Shown: piece by piece, positions 9,854 to 21,013 of the stretch | Layout: every line of letters begins with the position of its first letter | How positions within the stretch are numbered: position 1 is the first letter of the stretch | Source of the DNA: an uncultured Bacilli bacterium | GTDB lineage: Bacteria > Bacillota_I > Bacilli_A > RF39 > UBA660 | DNA: 64,000 bases | Direction: 5' to 3' | NCBI GenBank assembly: GCA_944332025.1 | Contig: CALVJB010000001.1 | Span: 21,629 to 85,628 of the forward strand | Position numbers and translations under genes: made by a program | Notes under the pieces: model-generated | What the model was told of the DNA's origin: nothing | The model's database searches: none | The model's input: the letters and a program-made list of their open reading frames with translations, nothing else

Positions 9854-10630
9854 TTACTGCCTAATTGCATCTTGATGAAATTCAAGACGAAGTTTATCTG
9901 CGACTGTGACAATAAATTCTGAATTAGTTGGTTTTGCTTTATCAATATCAACACTATGTCCAAAGATTTCTTCCATTAACTGCCAATTACCTCTATTCCA
10001 ACTTACTTCAATGGCATGTCTTATAGCACGTTCTACACGAGAGACTGTTGTATCAAATTTCTCTGCTATATCAGGATATAGTTCTTTAGTAATTCCACCT
10101 ATTACTTCAGGATGTTCATAAAGGACTGTTATACCTTCTCTTATATATTGATAACCTTTAATATGAGATGGTACACCTAATTCATGTAATATCTTTGTTA
10201 TTGATACTTGTAAGTTATTATATTTCATATCAATAGTTTTCTTATCATAATCGTTCTTACTACTACACTCTAATATTCTCTTTTCAAGTTCTGTTAATTC
10301 AAAAGGTTTCAATATAAAGTAACTAATACCTAATTCACTTGCTTCTCTTATAACTTCTTGAGTATTAAATGATGTTAAAACTATTACTTTCTTATCTAGT
10401 CTTTTTTCTTTCATATCTTTTAGAACACTCATACCATCTTTATTAGGCATAATTAGGTCTAGAACAATTACATCATAATCTTCTTGGCTATTTTCTATTA
10501 GGTTTAATCCCTCTACTCCATCATTCGCAGTTAAAGTAACTTCTATTTCTTTATTATCTTTAAAGTACTCCTTCACCATTTTAACTAGTTCAATATTATC
10601 ATCAATCATTAATACGTTGGTCTTTTTCAT
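9854..10630 (-). CDS. spo0A: Sporulation master regulator Spo0A (receiver domain plus Spo0A-specific DNA-binding domain)
   Basis: Receiver motifs [16 protein letters not shown] and ILKPF. The C-terminal segment [24 protein letters not shown]...[21 protein letters not shown] is the Spo0A signature. The start was trimmed to the ATG at 10628-10630, behind GGAAGGAGAG. Confidence 0.9.
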   Translation of the reverse strand: MKKTNVLMIDDNIELVKMVKEYFKDNKEIEVTLTANDGVEGLNLIENSQEDYDVIVLDLIMPNKDGMSVLKDMKEKRLDKKVIVLTSFNTQEVIREASELGISYFILKPFELTELEKRILECSSKNDYDKKTIDMKYNNLQVSITKILHELGVPSHIKGYQYIREGITVLYEHPEVIGGITKELYPDIAEKFDTTVSRVERAIRHAIEVSWNRGNWQLMEEIFGHSVDIDKAKPTNSEFIVTVADKLRLEFHQDAIRQ

Positions 10631-10712
10631 TTTCTCTCCTTCCATATACTACCACGCATCTTAATTATATAACAGATAAGAAAAATTTGATAGAGTAAAA
10701 AAAGAGAGATTT

Positions 10713-10719
10713 TGTCGAA
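10713..10719 (+). promoter_or_regulatory. Perfect 0A-box heptamer TGTCGAA upstream of spo0A
   Basis: Exact TGTCGAA, 83 nt upstream of the spo0A ATG, in the 10631-10732 intergenic region. Confidence 0.4.
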
Positions 10720-10732
10720 AAAGAAAAAAGTT

Positions 10733-11236
10733 TTAATTTTTTCTAATTAAAACTTTGCCATATTCATCTCTTTCTAAAGTTGGTAATAATGCAGAAATAG
10801 TAAACATTTTATCCTCGTCTGAATCATCAAATGCATATCCATCCTTTTCTACAATTTCTTGTAGATAAGATTTGCGATAGAAAATATACTCATCTTCTTC
10901 TTTCAAGAAGTATAAAATAGGGTCATTACTATTTTTTAAGAATTGCATAGAATTATCTATCTTTATTCTATTTAAGTTTAGGGATTCTAGTTGATTAAAA
11001 AGTTTTTCATATAATTCAGAATCAGGAATATCATTTTCATAGTCAATTGTTATTCCTATATCTGTAAATAAATGATTGTTAGCACTACTTTCTATATCAG
11101 GTGTAATTACTTCTACATATAATTCAGTAGCTCCCTTTTTTAGAAATTCTTCAACTTTTTCTATTTCTTCACTTACCTCTTTTATTGCTTCTTCTCTTAT
11201 TTTAATTAATTCTTCACTATTTGGCATAACTATCAC
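10733..11236 (-). CDS. Hypothetical acidic protein
   Basis: 167 aa ORF with no recognisable motif. Co-oriented and tightly packed between tpiA and spo0A. Confidence 0.5.
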   Translation of the reverse strand: MIVMPNSEELIKIREEAIKEVSEEIEKVEEFLKKGATELYVEVITPDIESSANNHLFTDIGITIDYENDIPDSELYEKLFNQLESLNLNRIKIDNSMQFLKNSNDPILYFLKEEDEYIFYRKSYLQEIVEKDGYAFDDSDEDKMFTISALLPTLERDEYGKVLIRKN

Positions 11237-11248
11237 TTCCTTAGCTTA

Positions 11249-11950
11249 CTATTGTAACTTATCAAGAAACTCTTGTAAAGAAGAAAGCTTTAAAGATATT
11301 CCTCCTAATAGAAAGCCATCTATATCTTTAACTTGTTTTAATTCTTCAATATTATTTTCATTAGCACTACCACCGTATAACACTTTCTTATGATATGTTT
11401 CTTTTAACATAGTAGTTACTTTTTCAATATCTAGATTTGTGGGAACAATACCTGTTCCAATAGCAAATATAGGTTCATAGGCAATGATAAAGTCTTTAGA
11501 CTTATCTATATCACTTAATAGATAATCCATGTCTTTTTTTATTTTATCAACATAAGTACCACTTTCATGTTCTTCTAAAGTGTCTCCTATACAGATAATT
11601 GGTATTAAGTCATTAGAAAAAGCTTGTTCTAATTTTTGTTTACTAATATCAAGATTTTCATTCATCTTAGTAGTTCTTTCACTATGATTAATTAATGTAT
11701 AAGTAGCCCCTAATGATTTAATGGCTTTTGCAGTAACTTCTCCTGTATAGGCCCCCATTGTTTTACTACTTACATCTTCTGAAGCATATGTTATGTTATC
11801 TGGTATTAATGGTAAGTAACAGACACTTGGTATTAAAATCATTTCATGATTATAGGTATTTAAGTTTTTATAATCTTCTAAGTACTTTAGTATCTCATCT
11901 TTCGTAAAATTACTCTTGTGATTTAAGGCTACTATCATTTTTCTTTCCAT
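11249..11950 (-). CDS. tpiA: Triosephosphate isomerase (short, divergent)
   Basis: ALNHKSN (Asn/Lys), INHSERT (His), YEPIFAIGTG (Glu) and YGGS are TIM catalytic and phosphate-loop motifs in divergent contexts. An alternative start is M5 at 11938. The 5' end overlaps the GT4 gene's 3' end. Confidence 0.8.
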   Translation of the reverse strand: MERKMIVALNHKSNFTKDEILKYLEDYKNLNTYNHEMILIPSVCYLPLIPDNITYASEDVSSKTMGAYTGEVTAKAIKSLGATYTLINHSERTTKMNENLDISKQKLEQAFSNDLIPIICIGDTLEEHESGTYVDKIKKDMDYLLSDIDKSKDFIIAYEPIFAIGTGIVPTNLDIEKVTTMLKETYHKKVLYGGSANENNIEELKQVKDIDGFLLGGISLKLSSLQEFLDKLQ

Positions 11951-13178
11951 CCTTCCATTTATTTTTTATTTTTTCCACAATTCTTGTGGATAAAGCTTGT
12001 TTTTTATTGTGTTTTGTTATCGCTACTTTATAAACTTCTAAGACAGAGTCAGCAAAGCTTGATAAAGAATATTTCTTAACAGATCCTTCGGCTTTATCTG
12101 TTAAATTATCAAGTTCTAATTTATTAGTAGATAACTCTTCTACTATTTCTAAGCATTCTTTTTCATCTTTAAAGATACGGCCATTAAAGTTATCAACAAC
12201 TGCACTCTTAAAGGCATCATCATCAATACATATTACTGGTAAGGATGCTGCTAAGGCTTCTATTACTGTTAGGCCTTGCGTTTCTGTAGTTGATGCTGTT
12301 ATAAAAGCATTAGAGACATGATAATAGTTTGGCATATCAATCCAAGCAACTTTACCTGTAAACTTTATTCTATCTTCAAGTCCTCTTTCTTTAACTTCTT
12401 TTTTATACTTTTCTTCATCTGGACCATAACCTACTATTAGTAGTTTGATATTCTTATTTTTAGTCTTTTCTATAACATCAAAAAGAAATGGTACGTTTTT
12501 CTCTTGAGCAAGTCTTCCCACAAATAGCATGACAAAGTCTTTCCTTTTATATCCTAGATAACGTCTTAAACGGGTTACTTTTAGTTTGTCACTGTTTTCT
12601 TTATAAAACCTTGAGGCATCTAATCCTGTAGGTACTATATATATATCTTTGTCATAATGATATTCATCTCTAAACAAGTGATATGTCTTTACAGTTGGAA
12701 CGATAAAAGCATCTGCTGTATTATCACAATAGAACTTACTTAAATATTCTATTGCTTTTTTACATCCCATATCAAAGAATTTAATATTTCTTGAAACATA
12801 CCAAGTATAGTCTTTATACATTGTATGATAAGTATGAACTAGGGGAATATTATATTGTTTAGCGAAAAGTCTTGCAAATATTCCCATACTAAGTTCTGTA
12901 TGTGAATGTATTATTTCTAAGTCCCATGACTTTATTCTATTAATTACTTTTAAAGGATAAATACTAGACATTCTATAATCATATATTCCTAAAGGAATAC
13001 CCGGTATTCTTAGTATTCTTTCTTTTTCATCATAATCATAGGTCTTACTATCTTGTCCTACGGTAACTATATAAACGGTATGACCTTTCTGTTCAAGAGC
13101 TTTCTTTAGTGTTTCTACACTAGTTACTACTCCATTGACAGAAGGTACATATGCATCTGTAAATAGACCTATTCTCAT
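11910..13178 (-). CDS. GT4-family glycosyltransferase, resembles diacylglycerol alpha-glucosyltransferase (glycolipid synthase) type
   Basis: 422 aa. The N-terminus MRIGLFTDAYVPSVNGVVTSVETL..GHTVYIVT and the C-terminal E..G...IEA motif (TETQGLTVIEALA) are typical of GT4. The specific substrate is inferred only. Confidence 0.7.
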   Translation of the reverse strand: MRIGLFTDAYVPSVNGVVTSVETLKKALEQKGHTVYIVTVGQDSKTYDYDEKERILRIPGIPLGIYDYRMSSIYPLKVINRIKSWDLEIIHSHTELSMGIFARLFAKQYNIPLVHTYHTMYKDYTWYVSRNIKFFDMGCKKAIEYLSKFYCDNTADAFIVPTVKTYHLFRDEYHYDKDIYIVPTGLDASRFYKENSDKLKVTRLRRYLGYKRKDFVMLFVGRLAQEKNVPFLFDVIEKTKNKNIKLLIVGYGPDEEKYKKEVKERGLEDRIKFTGKVAWIDMPNYYHVSNAFITASTTETQGLTVIEALAASLPVICIDDDAFKSAVVDNFNGRIFKDEKECLEIVEELSTNKLELDNLTDKAEGSVKKYSLSSFADSVLEVYKVAITKHNKKQALSTRIVEKIKNKWKDGKKNDSSLKSQE

Positions 13179-13203
13179 AATTTTTCCTCCCTTTAGTAAT
13201 ATT

Positions 13204-14382
13204 TTATTTTTCAGGTATATTTTTTAGTCCTGGTAGTTCTTTTCCTTCAAGATATTCTAAGGTAGCACCTCCACCTGTTGAGATATGATATAGTTTATCT
13301 GTTACGTTACAAGATGAAGCTGCTGCAACTATATCTCCTCCGCCAAGTACTGTTTTAGCATTAATTTCTGTTAAGTAAGTTAATACATCATTTGTACCTT
13401 TAACATAGTTTTTAAATTCATATACACCTAGTGGTCCATTCCACATAACTGTTTTAGCATTACTTAAGTTATTCTTAAAGATATTAACAGTATTAGGGCC
13501 AATATCTAAGCCCATCTCATTATCAGTTAGTTCTGTTATATCTTTAACAGTTCCTTCAGTATCCTCATATTTATCATTGCAAACTACATCTACTGGTAAT
13601 ATTATTTTATCTTCATTTTCTTTTAATATTTTTTTACAGAAGTCAAGAGACTCTTCATCTAAAAGGGAATTACCAATATTATAACCTTCTGCTTTTAAGA
13701 AAGTAAAAGCCATACCTCCTCCAATTAGAATCTTATCACATTTAGGAAGTAAGTTTTCAATTAGTCCTATCTTATCACTTACTTTAGCACCTCCTAATAT
13801 TATCATAAATGGTCTATCAGGATTAAAAAGATAAGATAAGGCATTTAATTCTTTTTCCACAAGTAGTCCTACACAACTTGGTAAGTATGTACTTATACCT
13901 ACATTTGAAGCATGAGCACGATGTAGAGTACCAAAGGCATCGTTAATAAAGATATCTCCTAAACTTGCCCAGTATTTTGCAAGTTCCATATCACAACCGC
14001 TTTCTTTTTTACCATCTAAATCTTCATAACGAGTATTTTGCATTAGAACGATATCTCCATCTTTCATATTAGAAGTAGCTTGCTCTAACTCTTCTCCTCT
14101 TGTAGAGTTTACAAAAGTTACATTTTTATCTAGTAGTTCACTAAGTCTAGTTGCAACAACACTAAGGTCATTCTTAGTTTTATCTTCTTCTGTTTTTACA
14201 CGTCCTAAGTGAGACATTAAAATTATTTTAGCATTATGTTCTAGGCAATATTTAATAGTAGGTAAACTCTTTACTATTCTTGTGTCATCTTTAATAACTC
14301 CTTCTTTAATAGGTACATTAAAATCACATCTAATTATTACTTTTTTATTATCAATATTTAAATCTTTAACAGTTTTCTTCAT
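13204..14382 (-). CDS. pgk: Phosphoglycerate kinase
   Basis: 392 aa. RCDFNVP, SHLGRV, GGAKVSDKI and TGGGA are PGK motifs. Confidence 0.95.
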   Translation of the reverse strand: MKKTVKDLNIDNKKVIIRCDFNVPIKEGVIKDDTRIVKSLPTIKYCLEHNAKIILMSHLGRVKTEEDKTKNDLSVVATRLSELLDKNVTFVNSTRGEELEQATSNMKDGDIVLMQNTRYEDLDGKKESGCDMELAKYWASLGDIFINDAFGTLHRAHASNVGISTYLPSCVGLLVEKELNALSYLFNPDRPFMIILGGAKVSDKIGLIENLLPKCDKILIGGGMAFTFLKAEGYNIGNSLLDEESLDFCKKILKENEDKIILPVDVVCNDKYEDTEGTVKDITELTDNEMGLDIGPNTVNIFKNNLSNAKTVMWNGPLGVYEFKNYVKGTNDVLTYLTEINAKTVLGGGDIVAAASSCNVTDKLYHISTGGGATLEYLEGKELPGLKNIPEK

Positions 14383-14403
14383 ATATATAATCCTCCTAAT
14401 AAT

Positions 14404-14432
14404 ATTGTAGTCTTTTTCTGATATTTTTTCAA
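14404..14432 (-). promoter_or_regulatory. Candidate sigma-A promoter for pgk
   Basis: The minus strand reads TTGAAA (14427-14432), a 17 nt spacer, then TACAAT (14404-14409). Confidence 0.45.
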
Positions 14433-14474
14433 TATTGACTATTCTTTATAACAGTATTGTAATGTCAAAAGAAA

Positions 14475-14491
14475 AAGAGCTTCAAGCTCTT
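14475..14491 (-). terminator. Short hairpin terminator or attenuator directly after gap
   Basis: aagagc (14475-14480) pairs with gctctt (14486-14491), overlapping the gap stop codon. On the minus strand TTTCTTTTG follows. Confidence 0.45.
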
Positions 14492-15494
14492 ATAGATTTG
14501 CAACGTATTTTGCTACTCTAACGTACTGTGCTGTATAACTCATTTCATTATCATACCATGCGACTACTTTAACTAGTTGTTCTCCATCTACTTCACTAAT
14601 TGATGTAAGTAGACTATCAACTAAACTACCATAGTGCATTCCTATTGTATCACTTGATACGATTGGATCTGTTGTATATCCTAGAGTTTCATTAGTATTA
14701 TTTTTTAATACTTCATTGATTTCTTCAACTGTAGTATTTTTATTAAGTTTTAATACTAAGTCAACAACTGAACCTGTAGTTACAGGAACTCTCATGGCTG
14801 CTCCTTCCATCTTTCCTTCAAGGTTAGGTAATACTTTACCGATAGCAGAAGCTGCACCAGTTGATGCTGGTACGATATTAGCAGCACTTGCTCTACCACG
14901 ACGTGCTTTTATTCCTTTTTTATGAGCAACATCTAGTGTAGCTTGGTCATTTGTGTAAGCATGTACTGTTGTCATATATCCTTGTTTAATACCAAAGTTA
15001 TCATCTAATACTTTTAAAACAGGAGCTAGACAGTTAGTAGTACAACTAGCAGCAGAGATAATCTTTTCACTTCCATCTAATATATCATGATTAACATTAT
15101 AGACAATAGTTTTAACATCTCCTTTAGCAGGTGCAGATATAATAACTTTTTTAGCACCAGCATTAATATGAGCCATAGCTTTCTCATCACTTGTAAATTT
15201 ACCAGTACATTCTAGTACAATATCAATATCTAAATCTTTCCAAGGTAATAGATTAGGATCTGTTTCTGCATATACTTTAATCTTCTTATCTCCTACTACA
15301 ATATTATCTCCTTCAAAAGATATTTCATTTTCTTTATATCTTCTGTGAGAAGTATCATATTTAAGTAAGTAAGCAAGTTGTTCTGCATCTGTTAAATCAT
15401 TAATAGCTACTACTTCCATTTCTGGATCCTCATCAAGCAATCTAAAAGCTAACCTTCCTATTCTTCCAAACCCATTAATTGCAACTTTTTTCAT
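14490..15494 (-). CDS. gap: Glyceraldehyde-3-phosphate dehydrogenase
   Basis: [14 protein letters not shown] and SCTTNCLAP motifs. The start was trimmed from the ORF-track start to the ATG at 15492-15494, behind AGAGGAGGAA. Confidence 0.95.
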   Translation of the reverse strand: MKKVAINGFGRIGRLAFRLLDEDPEMEVVAINDLTDAEQLAYLLKYDTSHRRYKENEISFEGDNIVVGDKKIKVYAETDPNLLPWKDLDIDIVLECTGKFTSDEKAMAHINAGAKKVIISAPAKGDVKTIVYNVNHDILDGSEKIISAASCTTNCLAPVLKVLDDNFGIKQGYMTTVHAYTNDQATLDVAHKKGIKARRGRASAANIVPASTGAASAIGKVLPNLEGKMEGAAMRVPVTTGSVVDLVLKLNKNTTVEEINEVLKNNTNETLGYTTDPIVSSDTIGMHYGSLVDSLLTSISEVDGEQLVKVVAWYDNEMSYTAQYVRVAKYVANL

Positions 15495-15498
15495 ATTC

Positions 15499-15684
15499 TT
15501 ATTCCTCCTCTTCATCACTTGGTACAAACATACCATCTTCTTTTTCCACAGTTTTTACTGGGGAATCTTTTTCTATTCCATTATTGTAGGCTAAAACCAT
15601 AACAGCGATAAGTACAACAACAAATATTCCTATAAATATTAGCATTGTACTCATACCAAAACCTCTATTATTAAGTTTACCCAT
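15499..15684 (-). CDS. Small single-pass membrane protein with acidic tail
   Basis: 61 aa. Good RBS (AAGGTGA), one clear TM segment ([19 protein letters not shown]) and a C-terminal DEEEE tail. Confidence 0.5.
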   Translation of the reverse strand: MGKLNNRGFGMSTMLIFIGIFVVVLIAVMVLAYNNGIEKDSPVKTVEKEDGMFVPSDEEEE

Positions 15685-15699
15685 TTTATCACCTTCTTA

Positions 15700-16302
15700 T
15701 TAAATTATTTCAACGGCAGCGAATTTATTGATAATTTCTTGATATATTTGGTACCAAGAATATACTCTAATAACATTTTTACCTGTACATTCTTGATTAT
15801 ATGGAGCATCAAAAACCATAACAGGAATTATTTTAGAAATATCATCTACATTGCTAGCTTTATCTTCTATCATTAAATCAAGTCCAATACTTAAACATTT
15901 TTCTCTTTTATTACTAGTATTAATTACTATCTCATCATATTCAATATTATATTTATCTAACCAAGCTTTAACATAGTAATCTATCATACCACTGTATTGG
16001 TGATTTAAGTATTGATTATCTCTTGCTGATAATATAATTATTTTGTGTCCATCTTTACGTAGTTTATGAATAACTTCACTAGCATATGGTCTTATTGGAA
16101 TGGCGATTAATAAATCAAAGATGTATTGACGCCAAAATTCATTATTTTCTTCACTACTTAAGTGGAATTGATCTTCCATATAATAACCTTTAGGATTTAA
16201 ACCACGATTTATATTTTGTTCTAAACAGAACTTAGATCCACAGGCAAAATGCCATTCTGCTATATCATTTAATACGCCATCTAAATCAACACCTATACGC
16301 AT
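15700..16302 (-). CDS. HAD-superfamily 5'(3')-nucleotidase-like hydrolase
   Basis: MRIGVDLDGVLND is the DxDxV/T motif I. Size and layout resemble NT5C/YorS-type nucleotidases. Start set at the ATG at 16300-16302, behind GAAGGGA. Confidence 0.5.
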   Translation of the reverse strand: MRIGVDLDGVLNDIAEWHFACGSKFCLEQNINRGLNPKGYYMEDQFHLSSEENNEFWRQYIFDLLIAIPIRPYASEVIHKLRKDGHKIIILSARDNQYLNHQYSGMIDYYVKAWLDKYNIEYDEIVINTSNKREKCLSIGLDLMIEDKASNVDDISKIIPVMVFDAPYNQECTGKNVIRVYSWYQIYQEIINKFAAVEII

Positions 16303-16455
16303 TTTTACCAATCCCTTCTTTTATTATTGTAACAGAGGTTATAAAAAAATTAAAGGTAGTTTGTAAAAAGTTTACATATAAAATATTAGATTCTACTTTT
16401 TATATTACTTAACCTTTATTAATATTAAAACTTTTTTGTAACAGTAGTTTATTTT

Positions 16456-17277
16456 CTATTCTTTAAATTTTTCATTTTCTCCAATAGAAAACTTAGATTT
16501 ATTTAAGCCTGTAAATCTACCATTGAATCTACTTCCTTTTTCTTTTATGTTATCAGCAATATAATTAGTACCATCTTCATATATTAACAAAAATGCTATA
16601 GTTATATGCTCATGCTCTTCATCTTCACAAAAACTTATAAGTCTTTTCCCTGGATAATTGAGTGGAATATCCGCTTGCATAAGATAATCATTTATAATAT
16701 GTTGATATGTAGGATTAGCTTTTGTTACTTTTTGCAGTTTAACTTTCCAAAATTCATCACCACTTGCAAACAATAGAATACCTACTTCTTTTTTATCATA
16801 ATCTATAAGAATATGATTATATTTATATTCAGGCATATCAAATATACCATCTAAAATAATATTATTTTCATTAAAGCTTATCTTTTCTTCAGCATTATTC
16901 ACCATTTGTTTTGCACTTATTTTTTCTATAAATTTTTCTATTTGATATGAATAAGAATTAATGACTAAAAGTGATAATAAAATTAGAGCAATTATGCCAC
17001 ATACTTTGATATATTTTTTTGTATTAATATTTTTAAATCTCTTAACTTTATTTTTAAGTATATAACAGACTTGAAAAATTAAACAAATAGGAATAACAGG
17101 GATAATAGTAAAGGTATATAGAACATATACAATACTAAATACAAAGGCATCAAACCCATAAATTACAGTGAAGAGAAATGGGAATCCTAAAAAGGAACTT
17201 ATTATGCCATAAATTAATACTAATAAATATGGCAAAAATGAAATAATAAATAAAGTTTTTACTACTTTGCTTTTCAT
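16456..17277 (-). CDS. Hypothetical multi-pass membrane protein
   Basis: Several hydrophobic segments, then a soluble C-terminal domain. Start trimmed to the ATG behind GGAGG (M13 of the track ORF). Confidence 0.5.
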   Translation of the reverse strand: MKSKVVKTLFIISFLPYLLVLIYGIISSFLGFPFLFTVIYGFDAFVFSIVYVLYTFTIIPVIPICLIFQVCYILKNKVKRFKNINTKKYIKVCGIIALILLSLLVINSYSYQIEKFIEKISAKQMVNNAEEKISFNENNIILDGIFDMPEYKYNHILIDYDKKEVGILLFASGDEFWKVKLQKVTKANPTYQHIINDYLMQADIPLNYPGKRLISFCEDEEHEHITIAFLLIYEDGTNYIADNIKEKGSRFNGRFTGLNKSKFSIGENEKFKE

Positions 17278-17367
17278 ACTAAACCTCCATTTGAATATAC
17301 TGCTGTTTAACAATAACCATCTTATACTATTATTCTAACATACTTTCATACTTTTTTATAAAAAAAA

Positions 17368-17386
17368 GAATAGGCTTAACCTATTC
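17368..17386 (-). terminator. Intrinsic terminator after rpoC
   Basis: gaatagg (17368-17374) pairs with cctattc (17380-17386), overlapping the stop codon. On the minus strand TTTTTTTT follows. Confidence 0.7.
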
Positions 17387-20300
17387 CATAAATTCATCTT
17401 CTAGTTTTTCTAATGGTTCTTCATCAGCGAACTCATCTTCTAGAGTATATTCTACATCACGGTATTTCTTTAGACCTGTTCCTGCTGGTATTAATTTACC
17501 AATTAGAACGTTTTCTTTTAATCCTTCAAGATGGTCTACTTTACCATGAATTGCAGCATCTGTTAAGATTCTTGTTGTCTCTTGGAATGAAGCTGCTGAT
17601 AAGAATGAATCTGTTTCAAGAGAAGCTTTAGTAATACCAAGTAGTACTGGACGACCTGTTGCAGGACGTTTACCACTAATGATTACTTCTTTATTACCTT
17701 CTGTAAACTCTCTAAAGTTAACTAGAGAACCAGGTAAGAATTTAGTATCTCCTCCTTCAACGATTCTAATCTTAGAAATCATACGACGAGCGATAATTTC
17801 GATATGTTTATCAGCAATATCAACACCTTGAGAACGATATGTATTTTGTACTTCTTTTAAGATGTACTCTTGTGTTGTAATTGGATCTGTTACATCTAGT
17901 AATTCTTTAGGTGAGATAGCTCCTTCTGTTAATTTATCTCCACAAGAAACTGTATCGCCTTTTTCAATACATAGTTTAGCACCATAGTTAGTTGTATGTT
18001 CTTTAGTTTCAACTTTGTTTGTAATACTGATTTTATATTTACCATGATCTTCAGCGATTTTTGTAACTTTACCATCAATTTCGGCAATAGTTGCTTTACC
18101 TTTAGGATTACGTGCTTCGAATAACTCTTGAACACGTGGAAGACCTTGAGTAATATCTTCACCACCAGCAACTCCTCCTGTATGGAAGGTACGCATTGTT
18201 AACTGAGTACCAGGTTCACCAATTGATTGAGCAGCCATAACTCCAACTGCTTCACCAATTTCAACAATGTTACCTGTTGCAAGGTTTCTACCATAACATT
18301 TACGGCATACACCTTTTTCAGTGTTACATGTAAGAATTGATCTAATTTCAACTTCTTCTATACCTGCTGCAACTATTTTATCAGCAAGTGCTTCTGTGAT
18401 ATATTCATCTTTATCAACAATTACTTCTTTTGTTTCTGGATTAATTACTTTCTTGCTAGCAAATCTACCAACAATACGGTCATATAGACTTTCAATAACT
18501 GCTCCTGTTTTCTCATTAACAAAGTCACGAGCTACAACTCCTTGTTCTGTACCACAATCATCTTCTTTAACGATGATATCTTGAGATACATCAACAAGAC
18601 GACGTGTTAAGTAACCTGAGTCTGCAGTTTTTAATGCTGTATCGGCACTACCTTTACGAGCAGAGTGTGTTGATAAGAAGAATTCTGATACTGATAGTCC
18701 TTCTTTAAAGTTTGAGATAACTGGTATTTCAATTGGGTCTCCATTAGGTTTTTGCATTAGTCCACGCATACCAGCAACTTGAGTAAACTGAGAAATACTA
18801 CCACGTGCTTTAGAGTGCATCATGATGAAGATTGGGTTATCTACTTGTTCTTTAGAGATATCTTCAAGTTCAGCTTGAACTTTATCTTTAACTCCATACC
18901 AAGTTTCAATAACTTTCTCATGACGTTCTTCTTCAGTGATTAAACCACGAGTATATTGTTTATTAATCTTATTAACTAAAGCTTGTCCTTCATCTATATA
19001 TTCTTGTTTATGTTCACTAGTTGCAACATCGCTCATTGATATTGTGATACCAGCGATAGTTGAATAATAGAATCCTAAATCTTTCATCTTATCAAGCATT
19101 TCTGATGTTTCTGTAGTCTTATAACGTTTAAATACTTGGTCGATTACTTTTTCAAGTGTTCCTTTTGCAAAAGGTTTTACTAAAGGCATTTTACTAATTT
19201 CTTCTTTAATATTAGCACCTTTAGGTAAGAAATACTTATTAGGTGTAATATTTTGAATATTATCATCAGTTGGTTCATTAATATATGGGAATGAATCTGG
19301 TAGGATTTCATTAAATTTAATTTTACCAACAGTTGTTATTAAGTATTTACCTTTTTGTGATGATGTAAATAACTTGTATTTAAATGAATCTACAGGAACG
19401 GCAATTCTTGTATGAAGAGTTATTTCACGTCTTTCATAAGCCATTAGAGCTTCGTTAGCATTTTTGAATACTCTTCCTTCTCCATCTTCACCTGATTTTT
19501 CCATAGTTATATAGTAGTTACCTAAAACCATGTCTTGTGCTGGAGTAACGATTGGTTTTCCATCAGATGGTTTCAAGATGTTTCCTGAACCTAACATTAG
19601 AGTTCTTGCTTCTGCCCCAGCTTCTTCAGAAAGTGGTACATGGACTGCCATTTGGTCTCCATCGAAGTCAGCATTGAAAGCAGGACAAACTAATGGGTGT
19701 AGTCTTATCGCTTTACCACCTACTAAGATTGGTTCAAATGCTTGGATACCTAATCTATGTAGTGTAGGGGCACGGTTTAATAATACAGGATGTTCTTTAA
19801 TTACATCTTCTACAATATCCCAAACTACTGGATCTCTATTTTCAATAAGACGTTTAGCAGCTTTGATATTGTGAGCGATATCACGTTCTACTAGGCCATT
19901 GATAACGTGTGGTTTAAATAATTCTAGAGCCATTTCTTTTGGAATACCACATTGATACATCTTTAGTGATGGTCCAACAACGATAACTGAACGACCAGAA
20001 TAGTCAACACGTTTACCAAGTAAGTTTTGACGGAAACGTCCTTGTTTACCTTTTAACATGCTAGAAAGTGATTTTAAAGCACGATTTCCTGCACCTGTTA
20101 CACTTCTACCACGACGTCCATTATCAAATAGAGCATCAACTGCTTCTTGTAACATACGTTTTTCATTTTGAATGATGATACCAGGGGCACCTAAATCTAT
20201 AAGTTTCTTTAAACGATTATTACGGTTAATAACACGACGATATAAGTCATTTAAATCACTTGTTGCAAAACGTCCACCGTCTAATTGAATCATTGGACGA

Positions 20301-21013
20301 AGTTCTGGAGGTATTACGGGAATACAATCTAGAATCATCCATTCAGGTTTTTGATCAGAACGATAGAATGCATCTAGAACATCTAGTCTTTTTAATAGTC
20401 TTGTTCTTTTTTGTCCTTGAGCATTTTCTAGTTCCTTATTTATTTCATCAATATCATGTTTTAAGTCTACTTTCTTAAGTAGTTCTTTAATCGCTTCTGC
20501 ACCCATACCTACTTTGAATCCGTTACCATATTTTTCATAGTATGCACGATATTCTTTTTCTGATAGGGTTTGTTTGTTTTCTAAAGGAGCATTACCTTTA
20601 TCAATTACAACATAACTAACAAAGTATAATACTTCTTCTAGGTCTCTAGGACTCATATCAAGAACAAGTCCCATTCTTGAAGGAACTCCTTTAAAGAACC
20701 AGATATGAGAGACAGGACTAGCAAGTTCAATGTGTCCCATTCTCTCACGTCTTACTTTAGATTGAGTTACTTCAACACCACAACGGTCACAAACTATATT
20801 TTTATAACGAACTCTTTTGTATTTTCCACAAGCACATTCATAATCTTTAGTTGGTCCAAAGATTTTTTCACAGAATAAACCATCACGTTCTGGACGAAGA
20901 GTACGGTAGTTAATTGTTTCTGGTTTCTTTACTTCACCGTAACTCCATTCACGAATTTTTTCAGGAGAAGCGATACCAATTTTAATAGCATCAAATTTAT
21001 TTACTTCTATCAT
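17381..21013 (-). CDS. rpoC: DNA-directed RNA polymerase subunit beta'
   Basis: 1210 aa. Contains [12 protein letters not shown] (the catalytic motif), zinc-finger cysteines and full-length collinearity with beta'. Confidence 0.98.
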   Translation of the reverse strand: MIEVNKFDAIKIGIASPEKIREWSYGEVKKPETINYRTLRPERDGLFCEKIFGPTKDYECACGKYKRVRYKNIVCDRCGVEVTQSKVRRERMGHIELASPVSHIWFFKGVPSRMGLVLDMSPRDLEEVLYFVSYVVIDKGNAPLENKQTLSEKEYRAYYEKYGNGFKVGMGAEAIKELLKKVDLKHDIDEINKELENAQGQKRTRLLKRLDVLDAFYRSDQKPEWMILDCIPVIPPELRPMIQLDGGRFATSDLNDLYRRVINRNNRLKKLIDLGAPGIIIQNEKRMLQEAVDALFDNGRRGRSVTGAGNRALKSLSSMLKGKQGRFRQNLLGKRVDYSGRSVIVVGPSLKMYQCGIPKEMALELFKPHVINGLVERDIAHNIKAAKRLIENRDPVVWDIVEDVIKEHPVLLNRAPTLHRLGIQAFEPILVGGKAIRLHPLVCPAFNADFDGDQMAVHVPLSEEAGAEARTLMLGSGNILKPSDGKPIVTPAQDMVLGNYYITMEKSGEDGEGRVFKNANEALMAYERREITLHTRIAVPVDSFKYKLFTSSQKGKYLITTVGKIKFNEILPDSFPYINEPTDDNIQNITPNKYFLPKGANIKEEISKMPLVKPFAKGTLEKVIDQVFKRYKTTETSEMLDKMKDLGFYYSTIAGITISMSDVATSEHKQEYIDEGQALVNKINKQYTRGLITEEERHEKVIETWYGVKDKVQAELEDISKEQVDNPIFIMMHSKARGSISQFTQVAGMRGLMQKPNGDPIEIPVISNFKEGLSVSEFFLSTHSARKGSADTALKTADSGYLTRRLVDVSQDIIVKEDDCGTEQGVVARDFVNEKTGAVIESLYDRIVGRFASKKVINPETKEVIVDKDEYITEALADKIVAAGIEEVEIRSILTCNTEKGVCRKCYGRNLATGNIVEIGEAVGVMAAQSIGEPGTQLTMRTFHTGGVAGGEDITQGLPRVQELFEARNPKGKATIAEIDGKVTKIAEDHGKYKISITNKVETKEHTTNYGAKLCIEKGDTVSCGDKLTEGAISPKELLDVTDPITTQEYILKEVQNTYRSQGVDIADKHIEIIARRMISKIRIVEGGDTKFLPGSLVNFREFTEGNKEVIISGKRPATGRPVLLGITKASLETDSFLSAASFQETTRILTDAAIHGKVDHLEGLKENVLIGKLIPAGTGLKKYRDVEYTLEDEFADEEPLEKLEDEFME

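Noticed and set aside
9906-15000. Plus-strand ORFs 9906-10121, 11076-11393 and 14716-14925.
   Set aside because: They are antisense to spo0A, to the 167 aa ORF and tpiA, and to gap respectively. Ser/Ile-rich low-complexity translations.
15499-15684. The 61 aa ORF as a type IV prepilin, based on an [13 protein letters not shown]-like N-terminus.
   Set aside because: It lacks the G/F-T-L-x-E cleavage motif with Glu at +5. It was kept only as a small membrane protein.
16328-16445. A TTGTAACAG direct repeat (16328-16336 and 16437-16445) in the intergenic region upstream of the HAD hydrolase.
   Set aside because: There are only two 9-mers about 110 nt apart in AT-rich DNA, and I cannot distinguish this from chance. 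No associated structure or known motif.
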